From assembly GCA_014323865.1 (NCBI GenBank), contig JACONG010000004.1:27325-91324 (forward strand): a stretch of 64,000 bases of DNA. The letters are read 5' to 3'. The position numbers and the translations under genes were made by a program. The first letter of the stretch is position 1, and each line of letters starts with the position of its first letter. Positions 62,881-64,000 of the stretch are shown here, in pieces. This stretch comes from Rhodospirillales bacterium. GTDB lineage: Bacteria; Pseudomonadota; Alphaproteobacteria; SP197. The notes under the pieces were generated by a model. It was not told the DNA's origin. It saw only the letters and a list, made by a program, of their open reading frames with translations, and did not search any database.

Positions 62881-63708
62881 TCAATCCGCCAGATAGGGTG
62901 CCAGTGTGCCCTCGTAGGCCAGGGTGGCCGGTCCGGCCATCAGGACGTGACCGTCGTCGCGCCACTGCATGGTGAGATCGCCACCGGGCAGCGTGACGGT
63001 GACGGCGCGTTCCGTCAGGCCGCGCCTGACGCCCGCGACGGCAATGGCGCAGGCGGCCGAACCGCAGGCCAGCGTCGCGCCGGCGCTGCGTTCCCAGACC
63101 CGGGCCCGGACGCGGGTCGGGCTTTCGACCGTGCAGAAGCTGATGTTGGCGCGTTCGGGCAGCATCGCGCTGTGCTCCAGCGCAGCGCCGGTGACCGCAA
63201 GATCGACCGCGTCGCAATCGTCGACGAAAAGCACCGCATGGGGATTGCCCATGTTGACGCAGACGGCGGGTTCCGGCGCTTCGGGACCCAGATCGACATG
63301 AAGCGTGTCGTTCTCGGTCGCCAGCGGGATCTCGCGCCAGCCGAGCCTGGCCTTGCCCATGTCGACATCCACCATGCCGGTGCCGTTCATCTGGCTCGGC
63401 AGCACACCCGCCACGGTCTCGACGTCGATGGCGTTGCGCCCGGTCTCGTCCATGACCAGACGGGCGACGCAGCGCGTGGCATTGCCGCAGGCCTCGGCCT
63501 CGCTGCCGTCCGGGTTCCAGATACGCATGAAGACGTCGCCACCGGCACTGGGCTCGATCCGGACAAGCTGATCGCAACCCACGCCCAAGCGTCGGTCCGC
63601 GATCGTGCGGATCGCGCCCGGTGTCAGCGGGATGTCACGGCTCCTGGCATCGACGATGACAAAGTCGTTGCCCAGCCCGTGCATCTTGAGAAAAGCGAGG
63701 CCGTTCAT
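62881..63708 (-). CDS. dapF: Diaminopimelate epimerase
   Basis: MHGLGNDFV... and the two catalytic-Cys regions (ACGNATRCV; LACGSAACA) are diagnostic. Confidence 0.85.
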   Translation of the reverse strand: MNGLAFLKMHGLGNDFVIVDARSRDIPLTPGAIRTIADRRLGVGCDQLVRIEPSAGGDVFMRIWNPDGSEAEACGNATRCVARLVMDETGRNAIDVETVAGVLPSQMNGTGMVDVDMGKARLGWREIPLATENDTLHVDLGPEAPEPAVCVNMGNPHAVLFVDDCDAVDLAVTGAALEHSAMLPERANISFCTVESPTRVRARVWERSAGATLACGSAACAIAVAGVRRGLTERAVTVTLPGGDLTMQWRDDGHVLMAGPATLAYEGTLAPYLAD

Positions 63709-63720
63709 GGCGCGCTGTCC

Positions 63721-63758
63721 CGGATCATCACGGATTATCACGGATCATCACGAATTAT
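63721..63758. repeat. 10-bp tandem repeat cggatcatca, about 3.8 copies (with variants cggattatca / cgaattat), just upstream of dapF
   Basis: Read directly from the sequence. Confidence 0.85.
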
Positions 63759-63900
63759 ATAGGCCCGCACCGTGCAGCCGTCCAACCTGTCAGAACTCGC
63801 AGATGTCGCCAATCTCGGCCCAACGCCGTAACGCGGCATCGTGTCGGTTGCCCCATCCGGACGACCGTGGTCTTGTCCGTGTCCCCACGAAGGGCCCCGT

Positions 63901-64000
63901 CATGACCACGCTCAACCGTCTTCCCATTCTGGAACGCCGCCGCATTCAGGCCGAGGTGATCAAGCCGATCTATGAGTCGCTCAAGACGGAGGTCGGTGAG
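63901..64000 (+). CDS. 5' end of an unidentified CDS running off the window
   Basis: ATG at 63901 followed by an open frame (MTTLNRLPILERRRIQAEVIKPIYESLKTEVGE...). Partial; function unknown. Confidence 0.25.

Noticed and set aside
1-64000. tRNA, rRNA or tmRNA genes
   Set aside because: A scan for conserved tRNA T-loop / D-loop signatures (e.g. GTTCGAATCC-like or TAGCTCAG-like) and rRNA-like conserved blocks found nothing. The only ttcgaa-containing hairpin (35662-35695) is a terminator-like stem without tRNA arms.

Overview
This 64 kb window looks like a high-GC (about 65-70% by eye) chromosomal segment of an alphaproteobacterium-like organism. Recognisable core genes are: soxB, an NAD-specific glutamate dehydrogenase (GdhB-type, about 1600 aa), murJ, a GST, a class-III aminotransferase, a tesA-like/ybbA/ybbP cluster, BI-1/YccA, a NaChBac-type voltage-gated Na channel, a choline-kinase-like phosphotransferase, an acyl-CoA dehydrogenase, an SbtA-family permease, a DUF1989-GcvT fusion, sirC, a large GltD/FNR-like oxidoreductase, a TAXI TRAP receptor, a yejABEF-type ABC importer, a NUDIX hydrolase, clpP, a split-beta nitrile-hydratase/thiocyanate-hydrolase-like trio, ftsY, mtaB and dapF. 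This backbone is interrupted by several AT-richer or decayed accessory patches. (1) 1976-3660: a low-GC islet encoding a DUF262 (DGQQR) protein plus a HEPN-like (Rx4H) protein, flanked by gene fragments. (2) 9900-12990: a Mu-like prophage remnant (portal, MuF and gpI fragments) that truncates a biotin-carboxylase/pyruvate-carboxylase gene and carries an intact DUF4145 gene. (3) 18240-24040: an IS30 remnant plus a giant DUF4011 / SF1-helicase / DUF3320 gene split by one in-frame TAG. (4) 35698-38352: an IS1595-family element bounded by imperfect inverted repeats and carrying a complete type II R-M module (SPPY methyltransferase, HNH endonuclease, a 57-aa ORF). (5) 46890-49150: a secreted protein made of three tandem TbpB/fHbp-like beta-barrel repeats, followed by hairpins and tandem repeats. 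(6) 57320-58690: a roughly 43% GC islet encoding a TIR-like (DUF1863-type) protein interrupted at an A4 tract, translationally coupled to a tandem-SLATT 4-TM membrane protein; this is the strongest candidate for an uncharacterised defence or abortive-infection module. Short perfect tandem repeats (10-17 bp, 2-4 copies) recur in intergenic regions and at two gene 5' ends. No rRNA, tRNA or CRISPR was seen. All domain assignments rest on motif and pattern recognition from the six-frame translations, not on database searches.
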